Source: Candidatus Saccharimonadota bacterium (GTDB lineage Bacteria; Patescibacteriota; Patescibacteriia; 2-12-FULL-60-25). Taken from it: 32,000 bases of DNA. The stretch is taken from the NCBI GenBank assembly GCA_963718585.1, contig OY970357.1, forward strand, positions 420,001-452,000. Direction: 5' to 3'. This document shows positions 18,006-26,917 of this stretch, piece after piece (the stretch's first letter is position 1; each line of letters starts with the position of its first letter). Both the position numbers and the translations under genes were made by a program. The notes beneath the pieces were generated by a model. That model did not search any database. It saw only the letters and a list, made by a program, of their open reading frames with translations, and was not told the DNA's origin.

Positions 18006-18530
18006 TCATTTCGTGGATCCGACCTCTTCTGTCGCCTGCGCGGCAAGTGCCTTCATGCTCTTTTCATCAAGACCGACAGCGACTTTTTCAACTGCGGAGG
18101 TGATGAGCGTGGCCATTTCCTTATGTAATGATGCAGCCGCTGCGTCCTTTTCCGCCTTGATCTGCATCTTCGCCTCGTCGATATGCTGTTCGATCTCTCG
18201 CATCGCGATCTTAAGCTTTTCCTGTCGAATGGCTTCGCCGTTGGCTCTTCCTTCATCCACGATCATCTGTGCCGCACGGCGCGCTTCGATCAGGACCTGC
18301 TCTTTTTCCGTGGAGGCTTCTTCCAGCTTTTTGGCCGCAGTCTCGGCATGCGTGAGTCCGTCCGCGATCCGCTTGGCGCGCGCATCCATCAGCTTGAGGA
18401 GCGGGGTAAAGACGAATTTCCACATCACGAACAGGACGATACTGAAATTCACCAGCTGAGCGGCGAATTGCCAGCCGTTGATCCCGAGGGATGCGAGAAT
18501 GGAGGTTGATTGGGGTTCCATATATCTCAT
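18006..18530 (-). CDS. atpF: F0F1 ATP synthase subunit b
   Basis: A single N-terminal TM segment (FAAQLVNFSIVLFVMWKFVFTPL) followed by a long charged helix, in the expected operon position. Confidence 0.88.
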   Translation of the reverse strand: MRYMEPQSTSILASLGINGWQFAAQLVNFSIVLFVMWKFVFTPLLKLMDARAKRIADGLTHAETAAKKLEEASTEKEQVLIEARRAAQMIVDEGRANGEAIRQEKLKIAMREIEQHIDEAKMQIKAEKDAAAASLHKEMATLITSAVEKVAVGLDEKSMKALAAQATEEVGSTK

Positions 18531-18572
18531 TCGGAGCCGCCTCTCGCGAGACGACCCCAGTGAAACAGGGAC

Positions 18573-18791
18573 TTACAACGTAAAGACGACAACGAGTGCG
18601 TAAATGGCCACTGCTTCCGCGAACGCCATGCCAAGAAGCATGGGAACGAAGAGCTTTTCGGTCGCCTCCGGATTCCGTCCGATGGCTTCCATGGCCTTAC
18701 CGCCGATGCGGCCGATCGCGAGACCGGGAGCGATGCTGCCGATGCCGATGGCGAACGCCTTGGCGATCAGCTTGAAGGATTCTGCGTCCAT
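18573..18791 (-). CDS. atpE: F0F1 ATP synthase subunit c
   Basis: MDAESFKLIAKAFAIGIGSIAPGLAIGRIGGKAMEAIGRNPEA...GMAFAEAVAIYALVVVF forms a helical hairpin with the essential carboxylate in FAEA. The track ORF extends to 18896; I prefer the internal start. Confidence 0.85.
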   Translation of the reverse strand: MDAESFKLIAKAFAIGIGSIAPGLAIGRIGGKAMEAIGRNPEATEKLFVPMLLGMAFAEAVAIYALVVVFTL

Positions 18792-18898
18792 AGGTTTTGA
18801 GGAGAATGGATCGACGGGGATATGTTTAACGTCGTCCGTTCTTCCACTAAGAATGATTCGGCTCCCGACAACGTTCGTTATCGGGAATCTGTTCATAC

Positions 18899-19738
18899 TT
18901 AGGCGAGGGCGTGATGTTCGGCTGCGTCTGCCTCCGCAGCGCCGTATTCATCCTCGTGCTCGGCGCCGTGCGGTTTCGCGGACATGACCGTGAGATAGAC
19001 GAGCGTCAGCATGGCGAAGACCGTCGCCTGAATGACGCCGACGATGAGCTCAAGGAACATGAACGGCAACGGGATGAAGAATCCGATCAGCGATGAGATG
19101 ACGGCCATGAGGACCTCCCCGGCAAAGACGTTTCCGAAGAGACGCAGAGACAGGGAAATGACCTTGGCCACCTCGGAGATGATCTCGATGAATCCGACAC
19201 CGAATTCAATGAAGCCGACAAGGATCTTGATCGGGTTCAGGGTCTTCAAAGCCCTCCAGAGACTTCCAAGCTGGATGAACTTGTTCCAGTGAACGAAGAA
19301 TCCCAGCGTGAACATGCCGAGGAGATTCGAGCCGATCACGGAGATCAACGCCATCGCCAACGTCAGATTCAGGTCGCTGTTCGCAGAACGGAGGAATGGA
19401 ATGAGTTCTGAACCGTGCTGGATACCGATGGTGCCGGTTCCCGGCAGGAGGCCGAACCAATTGCAACACAAGATGAAGAGGAACATCGTGCCGACGAGCG
19501 GAAGGAATTTCTTGGACTTTTCACGATCGCCGGTCACCTGATCGAAATAGCCGAACAAAAAATCCAGAAGCGCCTCGAAGGCGTTCTGGAGTCCGCGCGG
19601 CTTCTCTGTCAGCGACCGGTTAAGGATCAATGCGAAGACCACGAACAGCACGGTCATGATCGTCGAGTTCACGAGAGCATTCGAGACGGGCATGGGCCCG
19701 ATCATGAATAGGGTCTCAGCTGGAAGCGGGATGGTCAT
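18899..19738 (-). CDS. atpB: F0F1 ATP synthase subunit a
   Basis: Polytopic protein with SLSLRLFGNVFAGE (the conserved Arg block), plus an acidic/His-rich C-terminal tail. Confidence 0.92.
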   Translation of the reverse strand: MTIPLPAETLFMIGPMPVSNALVNSTIMTVLFVVFALILNRSLTEKPRGLQNAFEALLDFLFGYFDQVTGDREKSKKFLPLVGTMFLFILCCNWFGLLPGTGTIGIQHGSELIPFLRSANSDLNLTLAMALISVIGSNLLGMFTLGFFVHWNKFIQLGSLWRALKTLNPIKILVGFIEFGVGFIEIISEVAKVISLSLRLFGNVFAGEVLMAVISSLIGFFIPLPFMFLELIVGVIQATVFAMLTLVYLTVMSAKPHGAEHEDEYGAAEADAAEHHALA

Positions 19739-20028
19739 TTGCGATGATCGGACTTCATCTGCTCAGCGTATGCCGTGGCCTTTCGATACACGAGGAGACC
19801 GGAAACAGTGAGGGCAAAAATGAGTCCAACGATGGTCCCCCATGGGCTGGTCGCGTATCGTACGTCGATCCACCGCCCGGCAAGGGCGAATAAGGTGGTC
19901 GGGACCGCGACGGCGATGACGACGTCCCAGACGATCCCTAGGGCCTTGAGGCCAGAAACCGTTGAAGAACGTCCGTCAGAATCCATAAAAGACGCCGAGA
20001 GTATATGTGTCGGCGAGAAATACGTCAA
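19735..20028 (-). CDS. atpZ: AtpZ/AtpI-like small membrane protein preceding the ATP synthase genes
   Basis: Two TM segments and LAGRWIDVRYATSPWGTIVGLIFALTVSG, reminiscent of the ATPase_gene1 family. It shares an ATGA overlap with atpB. The start may instead be the internal Met at 19986. Confidence 0.6.
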   Translation of the reverse strand: MTYFSPTHILSASFMDSDGRSSTVSGLKALGIVWDVVIAVAVPTTLFALAGRWIDVRYATSPWGTIVGLIFALTVSGLLVYRKATAYAEQMKSDHRK

Positions 20029-20045
20029 TGGCGCACTTTTTTCCG

Positions 20046-20885
20046 TTAGAGCTGGAACACGGCTTTGGCATTGTCGGTCGTCAGCTGACAGATGTCTTCT
20101 AGGTCGATCCCTCGGAGTTCTCCAAGTCGTTTGGCGACCTCTTCTACGTACGAAGGTTCGTTTCGCTGGCCGCGATGCGGGACCGGTGCAAGGAATGGCG
20201 CGTCCGTCTCTACTAAGATCCGATCCAATGGCATCTGCTCAGCGACCCGCTGGAGCGTGTGTTCCGGGTCTGTTCCTTTCCGTGGCGGAAACGTCAGGAT
20301 CCCTGAAAAAGACAGATAACAGCCAAGTTCTAGCAGGGGTGCGGCATTCGTCCAGGTCCCGGTGAAACAATGGATGATGGTCCGAGGTCGATCGGATGCG
20401 GGAATTTCATCCAGGATCTCGGCGACGCGTTCAAACGCATCGCGGCAATGAACGACAAGGGCGAGGTCGAGTTTTTTTGCAAGCACGATCTGGTCACGAA
20501 ATCCGCCTTCCTGCGCGGCTTTGGCCACCGCGGGGTCACGACCTTCGTCGATGCGATAAAAATCCAATCCGGTCTCCCCGATCGCGACGACTTTTTGAGA
20601 AGAGGTGGCGATCCGTTCAAGTTCGTTGATGTCATATTCCCCCTTGTCTTCCTCTCCATCGTACGCAAAGGAAGAGGAGAAATGTTCTGGATGATATCCC
20701 ACGGCTGCCCAGACGTACTCGTGTGCTTCTGCGAATGCGACCGCACTTCGGCTTGTGCCGAGCGTCGTCCCGATCGTCACGGTTGCGATCCCCTTTTCCA
20801 CCATGCGCGATAGGACCGCGTCGCGGTCTGTCTCATATTCAGGAAAATGCACGTGGCTGTGCGTGTCGATCAGGCGAATGTTCAC
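20046..20885 (-). CDS. tatD: TatD family metal-dependent hydrolase
   Basis: IDTHSHVHF, VVHCRDAF, IIHCFTG and LVETDAPFLAP motifs. I propose a GTG start at 20885, forming a GTGA overlap with the cvpA stop. The track ATG at 20954 would add about 23 aa inside cvpA. Confidence 0.85.
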   Translation of the reverse strand: MNIRLIDTHSHVHFPEYETDRDAVLSRMVEKGIATVTIGTTLGTSRSAVAFAEAHEYVWAAVGYHPEHFSSSFAYDGEEDKGEYDINELERIATSSQKVVAIGETGLDFYRIDEGRDPAVAKAAQEGGFRDQIVLAKKLDLALVVHCRDAFERVAEILDEIPASDRPRTIIHCFTGTWTNAAPLLELGCYLSFSGILTFPPRKGTDPEHTLQRVAEQMPLDRILVETDAPFLAPVPHRGQRNEPSYVEEVAKRLGELRGIDLEDICQLTTDNAKAVFQL

Positions 20886-21358
20886 AAAAGGAATCCGAGG
20901 AGCGTATGGAACGTGTTGTTGATCCAGTGCGCGACGCCGGATCCGGAAAGCCACGTGACGAGATGCGGTTCAAGGTTATACGCAAGGATGAGGTAGATCG
21001 CCCCGCCAAGGATGATGATCCCTTCTGCGAGGCCGACGATCGCCCCGAGGAAGGCGTTGATCGTCTTGAGGAATGGGATGACCGACAGGATCTTGAAGAA
21101 AGCCTCCGCGAGTTTAAAGATGAATCCGATCAGCCGTGTGATGAAGACGAAGATGATCAGGAATGCGATGAGGTGTGCGATCCCAACGGGCATGAAAAGC
21201 GCCAAAATGCCGGTCAGATAGACTGACCATGCGCGTGCCGCGATGAAGCCTAAGACCGCGCCGACCAACCGACCGAAGGTTTGGACAAAACCATCTTTCC
21301 AGCCTGCGCCGGCAAAACCGATGATCGCAATGACCAATAGCACGTCAACGAGAAGCAT
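20882..21358 (-). CDS. cvpA: CvpA family membrane protein
   Basis: 158 aa with four hydrophobic segments and an N-terminus DVLLVIAIIGFAGAGWKDGFVQ typical of CvpA. Confidence 0.8.
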   Translation of the reverse strand: MLLVDVLLVIAIIGFAGAGWKDGFVQTFGRLVGAVLGFIAARAWSVYLTGILALFMPVGIAHLIAFLIIFVFITRLIGFIFKLAEAFFKILSVIPFLKTINAFLGAIVGLAEGIIILGGAIYLILAYNLEPHLVTWLSGSGVAHWINNTFHTLLGFLL

Positions 21359-21363
21359 ATGGA

Positions 21364-22050
21364 TCAGTGTACCCGTTTCGGGGCCGGCCCGACAATGATG
21401 ACGAATTCCCCCTTCGTGCTCGTCTGCGCCATCTGTTGTCGGACATCTGCCGCCGTTCCGCGGTACAGCGTCTCATGGAGCTTCGTCAATTCCCGGCCAA
21501 CGAAGATCAAACGGTCCGTTTGGAGGGTCTCTTCCAACGCGGCCAACGTCTTTTCGATCCGGTGCGTGGATTCCAGAAAGATACTCGGAGATGTCCGTCC
21601 GGTGATCTCGGTAAAGAAGGTCGATCGTCCTTTCTTTTGTGGGACAAAGCCAAGGTACATGAACGTATCCATGGGAAATCCGCAGGCGCTGATCGCCGTC
21701 GTGATCGCAGATGCGCCCGGGATCGGTTCTACCGGGATCCCCGCTTCGAAGGCCGCGGCGGCAAGCTTCCCACCTGGATCGTTGAGGTTCGGCGTTCCGG
21801 CATCGCTCACATAGACGACGTGTTCGCCGTCTTTCATTCGCGTGATCGCATTGGTGATCGCTCGATCCGTCGAATGAACGTGGATCGCCAAAAGGGGTTT
21901 TGAGATGGTATGTGCGGTGAGTAACTTTGAGGTGACGCGCGTATCCTCGCAGGCGATGCGGTCACATGCCTTCAACGTTTCAAGAGCGCGAAGCGTGATG
22001 TCTTTGAGATTGCCGATCGGTGTCGCGACGATAGAGAGTTTGCCGTTCAT
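21364..22050 (-). CDS. rsmI: 16S rRNA (cytidine1402-2'-O)-methyltransferase
   Basis: LSIVATPIGNLKDITLRALETLKACDRIACEDTRVTSKLL N-terminus and a tetrapyrrole-methylase-like fold pattern. Confidence 0.88.
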   Translation of the reverse strand: MNGKLSIVATPIGNLKDITLRALETLKACDRIACEDTRVTSKLLTAHTISKPLLAIHVHSTDRAITNAITRMKDGEHVVYVSDAGTPNLNDPGGKLAAAAFEAGIPVEPIPGASAITTAISACGFPMDTFMYLGFVPQKKGRSTFFTEITGRTSPSIFLESTHRIEKTLAALEETLQTDRLIFVGRELTKLHETLYRGTAADVRQQMAQTSTKGEFVIIVGPAPKRVH

Positions 22051-22051
22051 A

Positions 22052-22639
22052 TCAGTAGATGCGGAAAAGGACCTGAAGCGCCGCGATGAACTGGTCCATA
22101 AAATCGGACCACGTGAAAATGTTCGTTGTTCCGGTCGTCAGGATATACCGACCTTTGTTCCCATTGGGACTTCGGACCGCGATGCCGTAGGTCGCGTCCT
22201 TGGGCGCGACCGTATCAATGGTCGGACCTTGCGCAAAGGTGGTCAGCGCATACAGGTCGAAATGAGTGGGACGCTGATCCGTCTCATCAGATGTAACGAT
22301 CATCCCATTCCCATCACCGATCGGGATGACCGGATCCTGGTCAGGCGTGGGAAGTCCGGGTCCGAACAGGATGATCGTCGGATAGAAATTCTCATCTTTC
22401 GCCGGGATGTCCATTGCGAGATGGATCGGATCCCCCTTCTTCAACGTCATCGTGAAATAATCGACATCATCTTTTCGTTGGAGACTCCCAAAAAAGCGTT
22501 GGAGCCGCTGCGGTCCTTGGATGATCTGCGCCGTCTCCGTCGTGTCCTGTGCAGACGCCTTGATATGCAATTCGGCCGCATGTGTCTGCAGTGGGAGCAC
22601 GATCGAGACGGCCATCAAGACCGGAAGCCAACGACGCAT
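22052..22639 (-). CDS. Secreted hypothetical protein with a DVDYF (pre-peptidase-C-terminal-like) motif
   Basis: Signal peptide MRRWLPVLMAVSIVLPLQTHA|AE, then FFGSLQRKDDVDYFTMTLKKGDPIHL, and a C-terminal GRYILTTGTTNIFTWSDF. I chose the start at 22639, 6 nt behind a TATACT box. Confidence 0.65.
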   Translation of the reverse strand: MRRWLPVLMAVSIVLPLQTHAAELHIKASAQDTTETAQIIQGPQRLQRFFGSLQRKDDVDYFTMTLKKGDPIHLAMDIPAKDENFYPTIILFGPGLPTPDQDPVIPIGDGNGMIVTSDETDQRPTHFDLYALTTFAQGPTIDTVAPKDATYGIAVRSPNGNKGRYILTTGTTNIFTWSDFMDQFIAALQVLFRIY

Positions 22640-22645
22640 GGACGG

Positions 22646-22674
22646 AGTATAGCGCGGCTCCATCATCCTGACAC
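22646..22674 (-). promoter_or_regulatory. Putative promoter with leaderless geometry (minus strand): GTGTCA-N17-TATACT-N6-ATG(22639)
   Basis: The reverse complement of 22669-22674 is GTGTCA and that of 22646-22651 is TATACT. This would be the head of the 15-gene minus-strand array. Confidence 0.4.
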
Positions 22675-22696
22675 GTCTTCTTCCGCATGATATCTT
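22668..22696 (+). promoter_or_regulatory. Putative promoter with leaderless geometry: CTGACA-N17-(TGa)TATCTT-N8-ATG(22705)
   Basis: The -35 at 22668-22673 overlaps the divergent promoter's -35. The extended -10 TGaTATCTT lies at 22688-22696. Confidence 0.4.
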
Positions 22697-22704
22697 AGGA
22701 CGGT

Positions 22705-23400
22705 ATGCGACGTACGCCGATCCTCCTCCTTGCCGCTTCTGTTGCGTTGTTCGGCGCTGGGTGTTTCAAACCCTTGTTATCCATGCAGCAGGTCGTGCCG
22801 CCACCCGCCCCAGAACCGACTTCGACGCCGGCAGGCTATCCGACGTTCCCAAAGCCTGCCCCACCGGCGAAGACGCCGAAGGAGGAATTGGCAGATGCGC
22901 TGAAAGCGTTCGCGAATGCCAAATCTTTTCGCGCGAAGATCGTCGCACCCGTCTATAATGGCGGGAATATGATCGCGACAATGGAGTTTGCCCGGCCCGA
23001 TCGGATGCATGCGGTCATCGAGGGCGGACAGACCTCCACAACGGACATGGTCGTCGTGGCCAATGATGTGTATGTCAGTGTCGGCAGATCTGAATACCTG
23101 AAGATCGGTAACTCAGCGTCCGCAGAGAAATTCACACAACTGATGACATCAGCGATGAGCGGATCGGACAAGGCGGGTGGTGTGACGCTCGGGGACGATG
23201 TGACGGTCGATAAGACGAAAGATGCGATGCATGGCTGTGATGCCTATGAAGTCACCTCTTCTGCCGACGCGTCCAAGACCACCACGATCTGTGTATCGGA
23301 TGGACTGCCAAAACACATCGAGATCCCGACCGACGGCGGAACCGAAACCGTAGACTATTTCGACTACAACGACATCATCGTGATCGCCCGTCCATATTGA
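22705..23400 (+). CDS. Lipoprotein of unknown function (possibly LolA/LppX-like fold)
   Basis: MRRTPILLLAASVALFGAGC lipobox, a Pro-rich linker, then a beta-rich domain of about 170 aa. The fold guess is weak. Confidence 0.6.
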   Translation: MRRTPILLLAASVALFGAGCFKPLLSMQQVVPPPAPEPTSTPAGYPTFPKPAPPAKTPKEELADALKAFANAKSFRAKIVAPVYNGGNMIATMEFARPDRMHAVIEGGQTSTTDMVVVANDVYVSVGRSEYLKIGNSASAEKFTQLMTSAMSGSDKAGGVTLGDDVTVDKTKDAMHGCDAYEVTSSADASKTTTICVSDGLPKHIEIPTDGGTETVDYFDYNDIIVIARPY

Positions 23401-23408
23401 CATCGGCA

Positions 23409-23437
23409 TTGACGATTAGCACTCTCTTAGGTAGAGT
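23409..23437 (+). promoter_or_regulatory. Putative clpB promoter: TTGACG-N17-TAGAGT, 11 nt upstream of ATG(23449)
   Basis: -35 at 23409-23414 and -10 at 23432-23437. The -10 lies inside the CIRCE element. Confidence 0.45.
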
Positions 23438-23442
23438 GCTAA
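23416..23442. promoter_or_regulatory. CIRCE operator (HrcA binding site), perfect consensus
   Basis: TTAGCACTC (23416-23424), N9 tcttaggta, then GAGTGCTAA (23434-23442). This matches the published CIRCE consensus TTAGCACTC-N9-GAGTGCTAA exactly. Confidence 0.85.
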
Positions 23443-23448
23443 CAACAT

Positions 23449-26094
23449 ATGATGCCGCAAAATTTCACCACAAAATCGCAAGAAGCCATTCAAATGGCCC
23501 ATCGGATCGCTGTCGATCACGGACAGCAGGCCGTAGGGGCGTCCCATCTCCTGCTCGCGCTTTTGGATCAAGAAGGGAGTTCAGTCCCCTCGATCATGAA
23601 GAAGCTTCAGGTCGATCCGTCCGATCTGTCCGGTCAGGTCGAAGATCTCTTGTCCCGTCAACCGCACATCGAGCACATGGAAGGCGGGATCGGGCAGATC
23701 TATCTTTCCCCTGATCTCGCGAAGGCCTTTGTCGCCGCCGAGCGTGCTGCGCGTCACTTCAAGGATGAATACATCAGTACGGAACATCTGCTTCTCGGGA
23801 TCTGCGATGGATCCGACGATATCGCGGAGATCCTTCATCGGAATGGCGTGACCACGGAGACCATCCTGCATGCGCTGAAGGATGTCCGTGGATCCGCGAA
23901 GGTCGATTCTCCAGAGCCGGAAGCCTCGTATCAAGCGTTGGAAAAATATGCGAAGAATCTGACGGAGCTCGCCCGACAGGAAAAGCTCGATCCGGTGATC
24001 GGGCGTGACGGTGAGGTCCGTCGGGTCATGCAGGTGTTGACACGACGCAAAAAGAACAACCCGGTGCTCATCGGTGAGGCCGGAACCGGTAAGACGGCGA
24101 TCGTCGAAGGGCTTGCACAGCGGATCGTCTCCGGTGACGTCCCGGAAACGCTGCGAGATCGAGAGATCGTCGCGTTGGATGTGGGAGCTCTTGTCGCGGG
24201 AACGAAATTCCGTGGGGAATTCGAAGAGCGTTTGAAGGCGGTCGTGAAGGATGTCGAACGTTCGGATGGAAAGATCATCCTGTTCGTCGATGAACTCCAC
24301 ACGCTTGTGGGAGCGGGCGCATCCGGTGAGGGCGGGAGCATGGATGCATCGAATCTCCTGAAACCGGCGCTTGCGCGTGGCGAACTCCGGGCGGTCGGCG
24401 CAACCACGCTCAAGGAGTATCAAAAATACATTGAAAAAGACCCGGCGCTTGAACGGCGGTTCCAGCCGATCTATGTCGACGAGCCTTCGATCGATGACAC
24501 GGTCTCGATCTTGCGCGGGATCAAGGATAAGTATGAGCTCCATTTCGGGATCCGGATCACAGATGGTGCGCTCATCGCCGCCGCGAATCTTTCATCCCGA
24601 TACATCACGGACCGCTTTTTGCCGGATAAGGCCGTCGATCTGATCGACGAAGCAGCGGCTGCGCTCAAGATGCAGGTCGAGTCCATGCCGGACGAGTTGG
24701 ACCGTGCAAAGCGAGAATTGATGCGTTTGGATATTGAAAAGCGTGCGTTGAGCAAAGAAGAAGATCCGGATGCCAAGGAACGGCTCAAAGAGATCGAGCG
24801 TCACTATGCGGAGGTCCAGGAATCGGTCCATGGTCTTGAACTCTCTTGGAAAGCGGAGAAGGAGGTCGTGTCCGCAAGCGCAGAATTGAAAAAGACGATC
24901 GAAAAGCTGAAAAGCGAAGCGGAGATCGCAGAACGGCGCGGGGATCTGGAACGCGTGTCAGAGATCCGCTACAGCCTGCTCCCGAAGACCGAAGCCGACT
25001 TGGCAGCCAGCGAAGCACGATTGAAGAAGCTCCAAGGAAAGCGTGGTCTCCTCCGCTCAGCCGTGACAGAAGAGGATATCGCACAGGTCGTCGCGCGGTG
25101 GACCGGGATCCCTGTCTCGCGCATGCTCCAGACCGAGACAGAAAAACTCGCCCATCTTGAAGAAGAGCTGCATAAACGGGTCATCGGACAGGATGAGGCC
25201 GTTACTGCCGTGGCAAATGCCTTGCGTCGTTCCCGCGCGGGGATCAGCGACGAGCGCAGGCCGATCGGTTCATTCCTCTTCCTCGGTCCGACCGGGGTCG
25301 GAAAGACCGAGCTGGCGAAGGCGTTGGCAGCTGAGATGTTCGACGATGAGGACGCGATCGTGCGTCTGGATATGAGCGAATACGGGGAACGACACACGGT
25401 CGCTCGTATGGTGGGTTCCCCTCCGGGATACGTAGGACACGACGAAGGCGGGCAGCTGACCGAAAAGATCCGTCGTCGTCCCTATGCGGTCGTCCTCCTG
25501 GATGAGATCGAAAAGGCGCATCCAGAGGTCTTCAACGTCCTCCTGCAGGTGCTTGATGACGGACGCTTGACCGACGGAAAAGGACGGACCGTTTCGTTCC
25601 GTAATACGGTCGTGATCATGACCTCGAACATCGGATCAGATAAGATCCTCGAATGGGGCACGAAACGAGGCGATATCGGATTCCATGACGAAGAAGCGGA
25701 AAAGAAGAAGTCAAAGGATGAGGATCTGCGCGTACGGATCATGGAGATGCTGCGTGAGAACTTCCGTCCTGAATTCTTGAACCGGGTCGACGATGTGATC
25801 ATGTTCCACGCGTTATCTGAAAAGGATCTCACCAAGATCGTCGGGTTGCAGCTAGACGAGGTGGTGAAACGATTGGCCGCACGCAAGGTCACGGTGACGT
25901 TCACAGACAAGGCGAAGAAGCTTCTGGCAGAAAAGGGCTACGATCCGAGTTTCGGTGCCCGTCCTCTCAAGCGGACCATCCAAGACCTTGTGCTGGATGA
26001 GCTTGCTCTGAAGCTCGTGGAAGACAAGATCGTGGAAGGTGACACCGTCTCGATCGACGCGGTCAAAGGAAAGATCACCTTCAAAAAGATGTAA
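23449..26094 (+). CDS. clpB: ATP-dependent chaperone/disaggregase ClpB
   Basis: 881 aa with a Clp N-domain, two AAA+ modules (Walker [10 protein letters not shown] and GPTGVGKTE) and a long coiled-coil middle domain between them. Confidence 0.95.
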   Translation: MMPQNFTTKSQEAIQMAHRIAVDHGQQAVGASHLLLALLDQEGSSVPSIMKKLQVDPSDLSGQVEDLLSRQPHIEHMEGGIGQIYLSPDLAKAFVAAERAARHFKDEYISTEHLLLGICDGSDDIAEILHRNGVTTETILHALKDVRGSAKVDSPEPEASYQALEKYAKNLTELARQEKLDPVIGRDGEVRRVMQVLTRRKKNNPVLIGEAGTGKTAIVEGLAQRIVSGDVPETLRDREIVALDVGALVAGTKFRGEFEERLKAVVKDVERSDGKIILFVDELHTLVGAGASGEGGSMDASNLLKPALARGELRAVGATTLKEYQKYIEKDPALERRFQPIYVDEPSIDDTVSILRGIKDKYELHFGIRITDGALIAAANLSSRYITDRFLPDKAVDLIDEAAAALKMQVESMPDELDRAKRELMRLDIEKRALSKEEDPDAKERLKEIERHYAEVQESVHGLELSWKAEKEVVSASAELKKTIEKLKSEAEIAERRGDLERVSEIRYSLLPKTEADLAASEARLKKLQGKRGLLRSAVTEEDIAQVVARWTGIPVSRMLQTETEKLAHLEEELHKRVIGQDEAVTAVANALRRSRAGISDERRPIGSFLFLGPTGVGKTELAKALAAEMFDDEDAIVRLDMSEYGERHTVARMVGSPPGYVGHDEGGQLTEKIRRRPYAVVLLDEIEKAHPEVFNVLLQVLDDGRLTDGKGRTVSFRNTVVIMTSNIGSDKILEWGTKRGDIGFHDEEAEKKKSKDEDLRVRIMEMLRENFRPEFLNRVDDVIMFHALSEKDLTKIVGLQLDEVVKRLAARKVTVTFTDKAKKLLAEKGYDPSFGARPLKRTIQDLVLDELALKLVEDKIVEGDTVSIDAVKGKITFKKM

Positions 26095-26124
26095 AAAAAG
26101 AACGGGCAGAGCCCGTTCTTTTTT
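26093..26124. terminator. Bidirectional rho-independent terminator between convergent clpB and the 145-aa gene
   Basis: A-run (26093-26099), stem GAACGGGC (26100-26107), loop AGA, stem GCCCGTTC (26111-26118), T-run (26119-26124). Confidence 0.8.
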
Positions 26125-26561
26125 CATCCTTGTTGCTCTCGTCGTGCATCGCGCATGAGGTTGCGGATGCGCCTGCGAAGAAGTTTTTTGTCATGGCGCC
26201 GGTGTTCGACGCGTATGTCATAGCGACGACAGGCGGCAGAAAGCCAAGAACCGGATTCATGTAACCAGGTATACATCGGTTCGCTCGTGACGATGATGCG
26301 TCCGCTTTTGATGAAGCCTTGGTCGATCAGAAACACGAGTTTGAGCGTGTCGCTCGCCATCTTCCGCTTTTGTCCCGGCTTCGGCGACCCGATCGTCGCG
26401 CTTTGGCAGACCTCGATCGCCTCTTGCGTATCCGGATTCCATCCATCGACCTCTGCGAGACCGACGTATCCGTTCACGGTAAAATGAAAGACCTGCCCCT
26501 GGACGAAACCCGGAGGCAAAAGATCGGCCTCGGATCGTCGGAGCAGGTCCGTGTTGGACAT
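26124..26561 (-). CDS. Hypothetical protein with Arg-rich C-terminal tail
   Basis: 145-aa ORF starting 6 nt after the ytxH-like stop and ending at the bidirectional terminator. No family was recognised. A possible D...ExxQ/K nuclease-like core (LAEVDGW...AIEVCQS) is speculative. Confidence 0.55.
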   Translation of the reverse strand: MSNTDLLRRSEADLLPPGFVQGQVFHFTVNGYVGLAEVDGWNPDTQEAIEVCQSATIGSPKPGQKRKMASDTLKLVFLIDQGFIKSGRIIVTSEPMYTWLHESGSWLSAACRRYDIRVEHRRHDKKLLRRRIRNLMRDARREQQG

Positions 26562-26567
26562 GCGTGT

Positions 26568-26906
26568 TTATTTTCCTGCTTTTTTGAGTTCTTTCTCGAT
26601 GTCCTTCCACTTACTGAGAAGATAGTCGCGGATCTCCGGGGCGTCCTTTTTCGCGATGTCTTTTGATTTGACGTAATAATCGGTCATGCGGTCGACCATC
26701 TCTGCGTATTTGGCTTTACTCAGCTTTTTCGTGGACTTCAGGTCCTTCAGGATCTTGGATTCCATGAATTTTGCGCGTCGCTTCGCATCTTTGACCATGG
26801 TCTTGCCCTGCTTGCTCTGGACGAACAGGCCGGCGGCAACGCCGATCATGCTCCCGATGAGGAGCCCAGCGCCGAGATGAGATGAAGATTTTTTGGTGTC
26901 TGGCAT
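26568..26906 (-). CDS. YtxH-like protein
   Basis: N-terminal Gly-rich hydrophobic helix GAGLLIGSMIGVAAGLFVQSKQGK followed by a Lys-rich helical region. This is typical YtxH architecture. Confidence 0.7.
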   Translation of the reverse strand: MPDTKKSSSHLGAGLLIGSMIGVAAGLFVQSKQGKTMVKDAKRRAKFMESKILKDLKSTKKLSKAKYAEMVDRMTDYYVKSKDIAKKDAPEIRDYLLSKWKDIEKELKKAGK

Positions 26907-26917
26907 AGTATTAGTGT

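Noticed and set aside
18792-18896. 35-aa N-terminal extension of ATP synthase subunit c (track ORF starts at 18896)
   Set aside because: The extension (MNRFPITNVVGSRIILSGRTDDVKHIPVDPFSSKP) is not membrane-like. The internal Met gives a canonical 72-aa c subunit. This cannot be excluded without expression data.
23581-24543. 320-aa ORF antisense to clpB
   Set aside because: It is an Arg/Asp/Leu-rich shadow of a strongly supported gene with no motifs. The same applies to 16054-16857 (antisense atpA), 26945-27784 and 27797-28519 (antisense pgi/PEBP), 21905-22690 (antisense rsmI/secreted protein) and 30835-31611 (antisense dnaX).
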